A stretch of 21,913 nt of DNA from Vulcanisaeta sp. AZ3 (lineage in GTDB: Archaea; Thermoproteota; Thermoprotei; Thermoproteales; Thermocladiaceae). The notes below the pieces were generated by a model. That model was given only the letters and a program-made list of their open reading frames with translations, had not been told where the DNA came from and ran no database searches. The stretch's first letter is position 1. Every line of letters begins with the position of its first letter. The stretch lies in the NCBI GenBank assembly GCA_000960865.2, contig JZWU02000028.1, forward strand, positions 1 to 21,913, read 5' to 3'. Positions 8,505 to 17,226 of this stretch are shown in pieces. The position numbers and the translations under genes were made by a program.

Positions 8505-10186
8505 GGTTTTGGTAGTGTTACGGCACCCATCGAGGCTGATGTAACTAGAGATGCATACTTGGCTAGTAGACCCCTTGTGTATTTTGGAGGCGGTGGTTGC
8601 CAATTCTTCAGTCTTCTCTTAATCTCCTCTTCTGGAACTAATAGTTCTAGGCGTGCGTTCTCAACATCAATGAGTATCTTATCCCCATCCTCAACTATGG
8701 CAATTGGGCCTCCAACAAAGGCCTCTGGAGATACATGGCCAATCATAAAACCGCGTGTAGCGCCACTAAACCTACCATCAGTAACTAAGGCAACATCTCT
8801 ACCAAGACCAGCACCAACTATGGCCGCAGTTACCCTAAGCATCTCAGGCATACCTGGACTACCCTTGGGACCTTCATACCTAATTACAACAACATCGCCA
8901 GGTCTAATCTCACCATGCCTAATTGCTTGGAAGGCCTCCTCCTCACTGTTGAATGGCCTTGCCTTACCCTCAAACCTCATGAGTTCCGTTGCCGCAACCT
9001 TAATGACCGCACCCTCGGGCGCTAACGACCCTCTTAATATCCTAATACCTCCCCAAGGTTTTATCGGATTGTTGACTTCCTTAACGATGTGGTCGTGGGG
9101 AACATTAGGGAATTTGTAGTTCCTTAGGTTCTCCTCAACTGTCTTACCTGTTATCGTGAGAGCCTTACCATTTAGTAACCCAGCCTTAAGTAACTTATTC
9201 ATGACTAAAGGCACACCACCCACAGCATCTAGGTCTGCCATAACGTACTCACCACCAGGCCTTAGGCTTGCTATGTATGGAGTCCTCCTCGATATTCTAT
9301 CAAAATCATCAAGCGTTAGATTAACACCAGCCTCATAGGCAATGGCAAGCAAATGTAGTATTGCATTTGTTGAGCCACCCATGGCCATAAGCACCGTTAT
9401 TGCGTTCTCAAAGGCTTCGTAAGTCATGACATCCCTGGGCTTAATACCCAATTCCATGGCATTCATTAAGGCAATACCACTCTCTACAGCGTACATAATC
9501 CTCCTGGCCGAGGTGGCTGGCGGCGATGCACTACCAGGTAATGCCATGCCCAAGGCCTCAGCCATTGCTGACATTGTATTTGCTGTAAACATGCCGGCGC
9601 ACGTACCATACGTTGGGTGAGCCCTTCTTTCTATCTCATATAACTCATCCTCAGTAATCTTACCAGCCAAGTAAGCGCCAACGGCTTCATGGACGTCCTC
9701 AATTGTTAATTTTGTATTACCATAGAACCCAGGCTCGGCAGTGCCGCCATATAAATAAACAGCTGGTAAATTGAGCCTTGCCATGGCCATTAATATGCCT
9801 GGTGTTGTTTTATCACAACCACCAATACCTACAAAGCCATCGAATGCATGAGCATTTATTTGCGCCTCTATTGTATCAGCAATTACCTCACGACTGACCA
9901 AGCTGTACCTCATGCCCTCAGTCCCCATGCCAATATTATCATTAACCACTATCGTAGGCACGGTCAATGGAGAACCACCGCCCTTCCTAACCCCCTCCTT
10001 AACATGACCCGCTAGGGCTAGCGTGTGTATGTTACAGGGACCAGCCTCACTCCATGCAGCAACAACTGCCACGAGAGGTTTACCAATATCCTCATCATCA
10101 AAACCAATCGACCTAAGAAATGCTCTATGCGGTGCATTTAGGACCCCTTGATACCTCTCGGCACTTCTTAGGTTTATTCTAACCAT
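8501..10186 (-). CDS. ilvD: Dihydroxy-acid dehydratase
   Basis: GPCNIH, GGCDKT and [12 protein letters not shown] (Fe-S cysteines), plus [30 protein letters not shown] and GHVSPEA. Confidence 0.97.
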   Translation of the reverse strand: MVRINLRSAERYQGVLNAPHRAFLRSIGFDDEDIGKPLVAVVAAWSEAGPCNIHTLALAGHVKEGVRKGGGSPLTVPTIVVNDNIGMGTEGMRYSLVSREVIADTIEAQINAHAFDGFVGIGGCDKTTPGILMAMARLNLPAVYLYGGTAEPGFYGNTKLTIEDVHEAVGAYLAGKITEDELYEIERRAHPTYGTCAGMFTANTMSAMAEALGMALPGSASPPATSARRIMYAVESGIALMNAMELGIKPRDVMTYEAFENAITVLMAMGGSTNAILHLLAIAYEAGVNLTLDDFDRISRRTPYIASLRPGGEYVMADLDAVGGVPLVMNKLLKAGLLNGKALTITGKTVEENLRNYKFPNVPHDHIVKEVNNPIKPWGGIRILRGSLAPEGAVIKVAATELMRFEGKARPFNSEEEAFQAIRHGEIRPGDVVVIRYEGPKGSPGMPEMLRVTAAIVGAGLGRDVALVTDGRFSGATRGFMIGHVSPEAFVGGPIAIVEDGDKILIDVENARLELLVPEEEIKRRLKNWQPPPPKYTRGLLAKYASLVTSASMGAVTLPKP

Positions 10187-10208
10187 GGTATCTAACTATT
10201 TAGAAGAT

Positions 10209-10217
10209 AATTATAAG
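10209..10217 (-). promoter_or_regulatory. TATA box of ilvD (probably leaderless)
   Basis: CTTATAATT on the minus strand, 23-31 nt upstream of ATG 10186. Confidence 0.55.
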
Positions 10218-10271
10218 CATTATTACTCCATCATTATTTAATCAGGAAGTATTATGCATGGTGAATAACCC

Positions 10272-10279
10272 TTTAATAC
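10272..10279 (+). promoter_or_regulatory. TATA box of the PEBP gene
   Basis: TTTAATAC, 25-32 nt upstream of ATG 10304. Confidence 0.5.
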
Positions 10280-10303
10280 AGCTATATCCAAAATTAGTAA
10301 TGT

Positions 10304-10768
10304 ATGTCATTCAAATTAACAAGCCCAGCCTTTAAATACGGTGAACGAATACCTAAGAAGTACACTTGTGATGACGCGGATATCTCACCACCACTACAAT
10401 GGACCAACATGCCGACTAGTACGAAATCCCTAGTACTAATAGTGGAGGACCCCGACGCACCAATGGGCGTATTCACACACTGGGTCCTATATGGAATACC
10501 ACCAAACCGTAGCGATTTGCCAGAGAATGTACCGAAGAGTCCAGTGGTTGAGGGGGTTGGTATTCAAGGAATTAATGATTTTGGTAGAGTCGGTTATGGT
10601 GGGCCATGTCCACCACGTGGTCATAAACCGCACAGGTACTTCTTTAGGCTTTATGCACTTAATGATGCACCAAGTATTAGGCAGAGGGCTACTAAGGATG
10701 AGGTTTTGAGGATAATAAAAAATAGTGTAATCGCCACGGCGGAGTACATGGGTGTTTACTCTAGATGA
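10304..10768 (+). CDS. YbhB/YbcL family PEBP (Raf kinase inhibitor-like) protein
   Basis: Motifs SPPLQW, DPDAP, FTHWVLY, GYGGPCPPRGH and HRYFFRLYAL. Confidence 0.96.
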   Translation: MSFKLTSPAFKYGERIPKKYTCDDADISPPLQWTNMPTSTKSLVLIVEDPDAPMGVFTHWVLYGIPPNRSDLPENVPKSPVVEGVGIQGINDFGRVGYGGPCPPRGHKPHRYFFRLYALNDAPSIRQRATKDEVLRIIKNSVIATAEYMGVYSR

Positions 10769-10803
10769 GTTAATAGGTTACTTATTCAAAAATACACTTT
10801 AAT

Positions 10804-11679
10804 TCACGACTCAGAAAGGTATCTCCATGATAAAGTTATCCCAAGCGCCGAGAATATTACTGCGAAGATTAATAGATATGCGAAGTCAAGTAATGGGTGC
10901 CCAGTAATGCCAAGCAATAACTGCCTATTTACGTCATTCACGTAGGTTAAAGGATTGATGTAAGCAATGGGCTTTAACCACCAGGGCATTGCCTTAATTG
11001 GATAAAACGAATTACTGGCAAACATAAGCGGCATGTTTAGTAGATTCATGATCGCCATCTGCGTCTCCCAGGAGGTTGATCTTAATGCTAGTGTTACAAA
11101 GAGTGATGAGAAGCCCATGGACATCAAGGCCAGCGCCACATAGGTGCCTATTATATCGAGCGGTGTTAGGCTTGGATTTAATTTCATGCCTAAGAGTATG
11201 GCTATTAATAGGACTATGGTTGCTTGGACCAGGGATCTAATCGTTGAGTTAAGTACCTTAGCCATTATAATACTACCGCGAGGAACCGGAGTAGTTAATA
11301 ACTTACCAAGGAAACCCAGCCTCCTATCCCAAACAATTGACATACCACTTTGTAATGACGCAAATAGAGTTATGAATGATAACATACCAACGGCTAAAAA
11401 TGAAAAGTAATCCGTCGTTCCGAAATTAACCTTAAGAACCTCAGAGGCTATCTCATCAATCACTTGCTTAGGTATGTTGAGCCCTGGTATATTAAGGCCA
11501 CTTGCGAACATGGAGATAAAGTTCATGGATTTACCAAAGAAAGCTAACCAGACTATGGGTTGTATTAATGATATTATTAATATTATTGGCGCTCCATACC
11601 ACTTCTTTAACTCTCTATTTGTTAATGCCCAAAGCCCATGTAATGGATGTAAATTAGTGCGTGATGCCATCCTCATCAC
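10804..11679 (-). CDS. ABC-2 type exporter permease (DrrB-like)
   Basis: About six TM helices with motifs SIVWDRRLGFL, TPVPRGSI and MPWWLKPIAYINPLTY. 4-nt overlap with the ATPase gene. Confidence 0.93.
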   Translation of the reverse strand: MMRMASRTNLHPLHGLWALTNRELKKWYGAPIILIISLIQPIVWLAFFGKSMNFISMFASGLNIPGLNIPKQVIDEIASEVLKVNFGTTDYFSFLAVGMLSFITLFASLQSGMSIVWDRRLGFLGKLLTTPVPRGSIIMAKVLNSTIRSLVQATIVLLIAILLGMKLNPSLTPLDIIGTYVALALMSMGFSSLFVTLALRSTSWETQMAIMNLLNMPLMFASNSFYPIKAMPWWLKPIAYINPLTYVNDVNRQLLLGITGHPLLDFAYLLIFAVIFSALGITLSWRYLSES

Positions 11680-12686
11680 CTCCTAGCTCTGGCGATGGTC
11701 CTCCTAAACCTCATGAAACCTTCGCTACTCTCCTCTTCATCCCTTAAGCGGCGGCCTGTGTATTCGAGGAAGACTTCATCCATTGTTGGCTCCTTAATGG
11801 TTATGCTTGTGGTTCTTATGCTCAACTTACTTAATGCTTCGAGTATTGCTGGTGCTGCGGTGTTCCCATTCTTAACCTTAAGCACTATTGTTTTCCCATT
11901 AATTACGTTAACCCCAGAGACACCCTCAATACTTTCAATAGTCCTCTTGGCAATATCAACATTACCATCAACCTCTATCATAATAACATCACCACCAATC
12001 TTCTCCTTTAACTCCCTCGGAGTTCCAACAGCCAGTATCTTACCGTGATCAATAATTGCTATTCGCTCTGCATACTGATCAGCCTCCTCTAGATAGTGTG
12101 TTGTCATGAATATTGTTGTTCCAAATTGATCCCTTAATTTATGTATATAGTCCCAAATAGCGGCCCTTGTCTGGGCATCGAGACCTAGTGTTGGCTCGTC
12201 TAAGAATAATATGGTAGGCCTATTGATTAAACCCATGGCTATCTCTAATCTCCTCCTCATACCACCTGAGTACGTCTCAACCTTCCTATCTGCTGCATAT
12301 GAGAGCTCTACCATGTCTAGAAGCTCCATTGCTCTCTCCTTGGCTTCACTTCTTGGTATTCCATAGAGGGCAGCTGCAAGCATTAAATTTTCCCAACCGG
12401 TGAGGTCTTCATCGGCCGTGTATTCTTGAGGTACAACACCTATGCTCTCCCTAACCTTGGTGGGCTGCTTAATAATGTCATATCCATTGACTATTGCTGT
12501 TCCCTCCGTTGGTCTAGTTGCTGTGGTTAACATTTTTATCGTGGTTGTCTTCCCTGCACCATTAGGTCCTAGGAATGCGTATATTTCCCCGTAGTAAACC
12601 TCGAAATTCACATGATCAACAGCAGTGAAGTTTCCATAACGTTTTGTTAGATTAATGGCCTTGATAGCGGTTTCCATACCAATCAT
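11676..12686 (-). CDS. ABC-2 type exporter ATP-binding protein (DrrA-like)
   Basis: GPNGAGKTT, YSGGMRRRLEIA, LFLDEPTLGLD, TTHYLEEA and C-terminal EPTMDEVFL. The start is probably ATG 12677, judging by TATA spacing. Confidence 0.96.
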   Translation of the reverse strand: MIGMETAIKAINLTKRYGNFTAVDHVNFEVYYGEIYAFLGPNGAGKTTTIKMLTTATRPTEGTAIVNGYDIIKQPTKVRESIGVVPQEYTADEDLTGWENLMLAAALYGIPRSEAKERAMELLDMVELSYAADRKVETYSGGMRRRLEIAMGLINRPTILFLDEPTLGLDAQTRAAIWDYIHKLRDQFGTTIFMTTHYLEEADQYAERIAIIDHGKILAVGTPRELKEKIGGDVIMIEVDGNVDIAKRTIESIEGVSGVNVINGKTIVLKVKNGNTAAPAILEALSKLSIRTTSITIKEPTMDEVFLEYTGRRLRDEEESSEGFMRFRRTIARARR

Positions 12687-12700
12687 GTCACTTTCTAACT

Positions 12701-12719
12701 TTAATATAAACCTTTCTCT
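12701..12719 (-). promoter_or_regulatory. BRE-TATA of the ABC-2 operon
   Basis: The minus strand reads AGAGAAAGG-TTTATATTAA, with the TATA 24-33 nt upstream of ATG 12677. Confidence 0.65.
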
Positions 12720-12742
12720 AAATCGATATCGGATAATCGAAA

Positions 12743-13444
12743 TTAATCACTAACCCTTCCTAAGGCCCTTGTTATGCCAGGTACTAATTGCTCAAGGGTT
12801 AATTGAGGTATGAACTCTCTAATGTATTCAAAGGCATTTACTATTGGCCAATTAACGTTATTACCACCATCACCCCTTAATTCGATATAACCTGCCCTCC
12901 ATAGCGCCGTTAGTGCATTTGCATATATCTTCCTAACCCTAACCGCCTCTTGCGCAGCATTAACCTCCTTAGGCATTACCCTAACCGCTACTCTCACATT
13001 TCGTATAATTTCGTCCAAATCATCTATTGTGTAATTATTCTTTATGACCGGACATAAATTTGATACTACGAACTCAACCGTGAAATCCACAATCTTTAAT
13101 TCTGGATCTATTGTATACCTAATAACTCTAGGTAGGTATGGGAAGGACCTACAAGTGAGAGGCTTATATAACGAATGCACCTTACACGTCTTATCATCAT
13201 TGTCTAAGAAAGGACATATGCCTTTTTCATTTAATTGCATTAGATATGAGAGAGCCACTCTAACTCCATTCCTAACATCAGTTATCACATAGCCAGGCCT
13301 AAATGTTAGATCTTTCACATCAAGTTCCTTAGCTAGTTTATTGAGTATAATAACCTCATGTGGAAACACGGTCACTGGAGATATCGTACAGCAATAACCG
13401 CAATTTGGCATGCATCTAAATGGTACCGCCACACCTCTCTGCAC
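12743..13444 (-). CDS. YkgJ family (CxxCxxCC) cysteine-cluster protein, Fe-S or Zn binding
   Basis: Motifs FRCMPNCGYCC, CPFL, CKVH, KPLTCRSFPY and CP. Confidence 0.92.
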   Translation of the reverse strand: MQRGVAVPFRCMPNCGYCCTISPVTVFPHEVIILNKLAKELDVKDLTFRPGYVITDVRNGVRVALSYLMQLNEKGICPFLDNDDKTCKVHSLYKPLTCRSFPYLPRVIRYTIDPELKIVDFTVEFVVSNLCPVIKNNYTIDDLDEIIRNVRVAVRVMPKEVNAAQEAVRVRKIYANALTALWRAGYIELRGDGGNNVNWPIVNAFEYIREFIPQLTLEQLVPGITRALGRVSD

Positions 13445-13477
13445 TACACAGTAGGATTAAATTATTTTCTTTTGTAT

Positions 13478-14248
13478 TTATGAGCAAGATGATACTAAGT
13501 GAGGTATTAGTAAAACCTCCTTCAACCTTCTAATACCATACGCCCTACACCTGATGAACTCGGCAGGACTGCCACCACTGATTAACTTACCATCCCTATC
13601 AATATAAACGCCAATTATATCATCAAGAATAGCCCCAAGGAGATCCTCCTTAAACCCATCACCAACATGAATTGCAACATCAGGCTCAACACCATGAGTC
13701 AACAATGAGTAAGCCCTCTCAAAGATAGCCGGGTGAGGCTTCGCTCTTCCAACCTCATCAGCATAAACTTGAACATCAATATATTTACTCAGGCTATACT
13801 TATCGAGTAACCTTCTTGTTACAGAACTACTCCAAAAAATTACATTGGATATAACACCAACCCTAAACCCCTCATCCTTAACCTCCATAAGTACGTATTG
13901 GGCATCCTCATTGGGCTTTACGATTTTAGACTCTAGCAATGTGTTTGCAATTATGTTACTCACATCCATAACCATTCTCTCATTAAGCTCCACATTATAC
14001 TTACGCACCAACCTCTCTAGAAAGGTCCTAACATTATCCATGGGTGGTACATAGACCATCTCCACCACTCTCCTAAGTCTAATCTCCCTATCTAACCCAA
14101 CATATGCCTCATGAACATGGTCAAATTGAACCTCAATACCCAGCGACCTTAGGTAATTCGTCACATTACCAGCTATCTCCTCTATTAATTCCTTCCCGTA
14201 ATTTATCAATGTGTTGTACGCATCGAATGTTATAACGTTTAAACTCAT
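13478..14248 (-). CDS. HAD-superfamily hydrolase (subfamily IA)
   Basis: Motif I FDAYNTL, motif II VISN, motif III KPHPAIF, motif IV HVGDGFKED. Confidence 0.92.
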   Translation of the reverse strand: MSLNVITFDAYNTLINYGKELIEEIAGNVTNYLRSLGIEVQFDHVHEAYVGLDREIRLRRVVEMVYVPPMDNVRTFLERLVRKYNVELNERMVMDVSNIIANTLLESKIVKPNEDAQYVLMEVKDEGFRVGVISNVIFWSSSVTRRLLDKYSLSKYIDVQVYADEVGRAKPHPAIFERAYSLLTHGVEPDVAIHVGDGFKEDLLGAILDDIIGVYIDRDGKLISGGSPAEFIRCRAYGIRRLKEVLLIPHLVSSCS

Positions 14249-14415
14249 ACACCATAGTATTGATTTACTGATATTTTAAGTTAATTTTCATAGAGATCCT
14301 TACTACCTTTAGTTAAAAAGTAAGACCTCGATACCTTAAGCCTTAATGAATTAGGGCGGTATGTAAGGTTATGTTTTTAAACATATGGTTTAATTACGTT
14401 GACGGTGATAAACCT

Positions 14416-15126
14416 TTGGTTCAAATAACAATAATAAGATTAATTGGATATAGGGAATGGACTGAAAGTCTCGGATATGATAGAGAACATGTAATTCAAG
14501 GCATTCAAGCTAGGGTACATGGTAAGTTAATTGATATTTTCTCAAAATTAGGTGCATGGGCCCATCCCTTCAGATATGATTACTTGCTTGCAGTTACTAA
14601 TGGGATTAACGCTGAGGAGATAATCGAAGCTGTCAAGGCATTGGGTGAAGTAAGTCCAGTCCCACCCTCGAGTGGTACCTATGTCCATGAGAATCCAAGG
14701 GTTGCTGAGAGAGAGGCATTTAGGCTTGCCCTTAGGGCCGGCCCGTGGGAATCGATTGTTGATGATATCGATAATGATCCAGTGGGTATTGCCCATATAG
14801 ACCTTATGGACTCAACATCAAGCACAGAGGCAACCTCAAGCTACTTATTGTATGAACATGTATGGAGTATTGTAAGTCAAGTTAGGTTATATTTTGCGGT
14901 ATATGGTGGTTTAACTCTATACTTAGGTGGTGATAATATCGTATCCATAATACCACCACACATAAGGGAGGAAGACCTACAACCACTGATTAACCTATAC
15001 AGCGTGAGAATTGGAGTTGGCATTGCCAGGAAGGGCAGGGAAGCCATGAAACTAGCAACGGAAGCTCTTGATGAACTAAGGAATCGCAATTCACGTGGTG
15101 TATTAATACTGCGTGATAAGGATTAA
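14416..15126 (+). CDS. gch3: GTP cyclohydrolase III (archaeal riboflavin pathway, ArfA)
   Basis: Motifs GYREWTESLGYDREHVIQ, RYDY, IAHIDL, YLGGDNI, RIGVG and ATEALDELR. Start placed at TTG 14416 (GGTGA SD at 14404-14408) rather than ATG 14371, which lies within the TATA region. Confidence 0.92.
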   Translation: MVQITIIRLIGYREWTESLGYDREHVIQGIQARVHGKLIDIFSKLGAWAHPFRYDYLLAVTNGINAEEIIEAVKALGEVSPVPPSSGTYVHENPRVAEREAFRLALRAGPWESIVDDIDNDPVGIAHIDLMDSTSSTEATSSYLLYEHVWSIVSQVRLYFAVYGGLTLYLGGDNIVSIIPPHIREEDLQPLINLYSVRIGVGIARKGREAMKLATEALDELRNRNSRGVLILRDKD

Positions 15127-15944
15127 TTAGGTCCAGGCCTCTTAACTAGCTTAATCCTATTCATCCTGCCCTCCCTAATTACTCGCACATAACCTGCCTC
15201 CTCAAGCCTCCTAATAGCTCTCCATAATGTTGCCTTAGGCATTCCTAACTTTTTCTGCAAATCAACCTGGTATGCTTCACCACCCATATCAACCAATGCC
15301 CCCAAAACCTCTCTATCGGTTGGGTTTAGGCCTTCGATAATCACTGGATCAACCTTAGACCCCCTATGCCTAGTGATAAGTACGTAAGTTAGTATTGAGA
15401 TTGCTGCGATGATTATTATGACTGGTATAATAATATTATATAGAAATGTATGCTGCAGTGCTGAGCGACTTGTGCTCGTAATATTTGCACTCGTGGTTCT
15501 TGATGACCATAATTCTGGAATGAAACCTATTGAGTAATTACCTGGTGCTAATTGCAGTATTGCACCGCTATTAACCTTTGTGAAGTTCGTTATTAAATTA
15601 GTTGGTAATTGTGTTAATAATACATTATTACTTATGAATAGGTTCACTGGGTATTGTGAAGATACATTTATTATTAAATAACCGTTAACTGATTGAACCG
15701 CTAATGGTACGTACCTAATCACGAAGGTGCCATTGCCAAATACAGGTATTATGAGACGGTTATTAATGAGAATTGCTGGTATTGATGAACCATTTGAACT
15801 TTGAACAATTATAGGGCCCATAGGCTTGATAGGTAATGTTATGTTTAATAGAGCAACGTTGTGTGTAGCAGTAATATTAATATTAACTAGTGAACCATTT
15901 CCCATTAAGTATATCATTACTGAGATAAGCATAATAGGCATCAT
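15123..15944 (-). CDS. Membrane-anchored winged-helix transcriptional regulator (COG2512-like)
   Basis: N-terminal beta-rich domain with sequons, a S/T linker, one TM (IIIPVIIIIAAISILTYVLI), then a wHTH (LNPTDREVL...YQVDLQKKLGMPKATLWRAIRRLEEAGYV...GRMNRIKL). Confidence 0.88.
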   Translation of the reverse strand: MMPIMLISVMIYLMGNGSLVNINITATHNVALLNITLPIKPMGPIIVQSSNGSSIPAILINNRLIIPVFGNGTFVIRYVPLAVQSVNGYLIINVSSQYPVNLFISNNVLLTQLPTNLITNFTKVNSGAILQLAPGNYSIGFIPELWSSRTTSANITSTSRSALQHTFLYNIIIPVIIIIAAISILTYVLITRHRGSKVDPVIIEGLNPTDREVLGALVDMGGEAYQVDLQKKLGMPKATLWRAIRRLEEAGYVRVIREGRMNRIKLVKRPGPN

Positions 15945-15970
15945 TTTGAATCGTTTTAATACGACTATAG

Positions 15971-15978
15971 CTTAAAAA
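15971..15978 (-). promoter_or_regulatory. TATA box of the membrane wHTH gene
   Basis: TTTTTAAG on the minus strand, 27-34 nt upstream of ATG 15944. Confidence 0.5.
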
Positions 15979-16062
15979 TCTTTCCACTATTAATTCCCAG
16001 TAAGAAGAAAGAATTGTTTTAAATATAGCATTACTTATTATTTCATCGTAAATTTAGAAATC

Positions 16063-17112
16063 TCAGCCTTTACACTGCTTATGACTCCTACCACGGCTAT
16101 CATGCTTGTGATGCTGCCAACCCTTTGCCTTCTGCGTGAATTGCTGTGTTATATTCAGCCAATCATTGAATCCCTTACCGTGCTTTAGTGCTTGCAATAA
16201 TTGTATTTGTGCTGTTTCATTTCCCTGTACTAATTGATGCGCCTTGAATAATTCTTTGTATAGCTCATGCAGTTCCTTAATGCTTGTTATATTAAACTCT
16301 GTGATATTCATAAACATACTGAGTTCATGATCTAAGACGCCTAAATTCATTAGTATTTCATTCAATGTTGTAGATCTCTTTATTAATTGCTTGACGTAAT
16401 GCCAAAGCTCATGCTCAATCCTATTGGCAAGACCTATCTTTTGCTTTTCATAGTATTGGTTTGTTATGTTGTTAATTAATGATTTGTACTCACTAAGAAT
16501 TACTTCCGCCCTGGAGTAATTACCATTGGTTAAGGCTTGCTTTAACTGACTTAATATGTTATAGATCTCACTTGCCTCTGTACTATTTAATAATCCTTGT
16601 TTCTTAAGTCTTGTTAATGTTTTGTTAAGTAATAATAATCTATATGTTAATGTGGCGTTCATTATTTCTGCATGTTTCTTAAGTACATATGCATGGACGA
16701 GTTGATGCCTAAGGTGGACGAGGAATTGCAAAGCTAGTAAGCACTCACCCTTACTAATGAAGTAATTAGTTATGTTTTGAAGCGTTGATGGTGTTAGGTT
16801 TAGGCTGGGTAGGCCTGTCATGTTTAGATTGCTCATGTTAGTTCCGATCCTGGTTAGCCACATGTCATCTACGTAGAGGTTGGCTTGTATTGCGGTTAGT
16901 AGTCCTGAGGTGCATGTTGTGTTTGTTGTGGATGTGGCGTTGATATTAGTACTATTTGTATTTATAGGATTAGTATTATTACCTGTACTTGATGCTAGGA
17001 GTGGGGTTACAGTTATTGTTATGGTTAGTATTAATATTGCTGCCAGTATTGTTATTATCATTAATGCACCTCTTGTATTTCCGTTTCTCATTCCTGTAGT
17101 TCTACCCCTCAT
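16063..17112 (-). CDS. Secreted or surface alpha-helical hypothetical protein
   Basis: N-terminal basic + hydrophobic signal, an N/T-rich linker, a helical body with many sequons, and a His/Lys/Arg-rich tail (HHKHDSRGRSHKQCKG). Confidence 0.85.
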   Translation of the reverse strand: MRGRTTGMRNGNTRGALMIITILAAILILTITITVTPLLASSTGNNTNPINTNSTNINATSTTNTTCTSGLLTAIQANLYVDDMWLTRIGTNMSNLNMTGLPSLNLTPSTLQNITNYFISKGECLLALQFLVHLRHQLVHAYVLKKHAEIMNATLTYRLLLLNKTLTRLKKQGLLNSTEASEIYNILSQLKQALTNGNYSRAEVILSEYKSLINNITNQYYEKQKIGLANRIEHELWHYVKQLIKRSTTLNEILMNLGVLDHELSMFMNITEFNITSIKELHELYKELFKAHQLVQGNETAQIQLLQALKHGKGFNDWLNITQQFTQKAKGWQHHKHDSRGRSHKQCKG

Positions 17113-17134
17113 CGTTGTGGTGTGGATTTAGGTC

Positions 17135-17143
17135 TTTAATAAG
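17135..17143 (-). promoter_or_regulatory. TATA box of the secreted protein gene
   Basis: CTTATTAAA on the minus strand, 23-31 nt upstream of ATG 17112. The preceding BRE position is weak (ATAATTC). Confidence 0.55.
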
Positions 17144-17172
17144 GAATTATCCGTAGAGACACGGAGAAATAT

Positions 17173-17202
17173 GTGAAACTTTTATGAAACTAATTGTTTC
17201 AC
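17173..17202. promoter_or_regulatory. Putative transcription-factor operator: TGAAAC-N5-TGAAAC-N5-GTTTCA
   Basis: Half-sites at 17174, 17185 and 17196 (inverted), with exact 11-bp phasing, in a divergent intergenic region. Confidence 0.6.
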
Positions 17203-17226
17203 GAGTCAGTACTCCTTAAATGAGGC

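Noticed and set aside
8559-9620. Plus-strand ORFs of 186, 60 and 64 aa inside ilvD
   Set aside because: Antisense shadows of a highly conserved gene. The same applies to the shadow ORFs at 1280, 2738, 5339, 7023, 7380, 10294, 11144, 11474, 11695, 13044, 13845, 14548, 14877, 16880, 18312 and 18655.
10491-10709. Same-strand alternative-frame ORFs in the PEBP gene (and 20172-20363 in moeA)
   Set aside because: Nested in well-supported genes, with no motifs or independent start signals.
14371-14415. N-terminal extensions of gch3 (and moeA 18470-18499) in the ORF track
   Set aside because: The upstream ATGs lie at TATA-like AT tracts. Recognisable family sequence begins at the downstream starts.
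16900-16990. Low-complexity GTT/GTA-rich tract
   Set aside because: It encodes the Asn/Thr-rich linker of the secreted protein and is not a DNA repeat element.
17173-17202. GAAAC/GTTTC motifs resembling CRISPR repeat ends
   Set aside because: The units are 6-7 bp with 5-bp gaps. There are no 24-37 bp repeats, spacers or cas genes.
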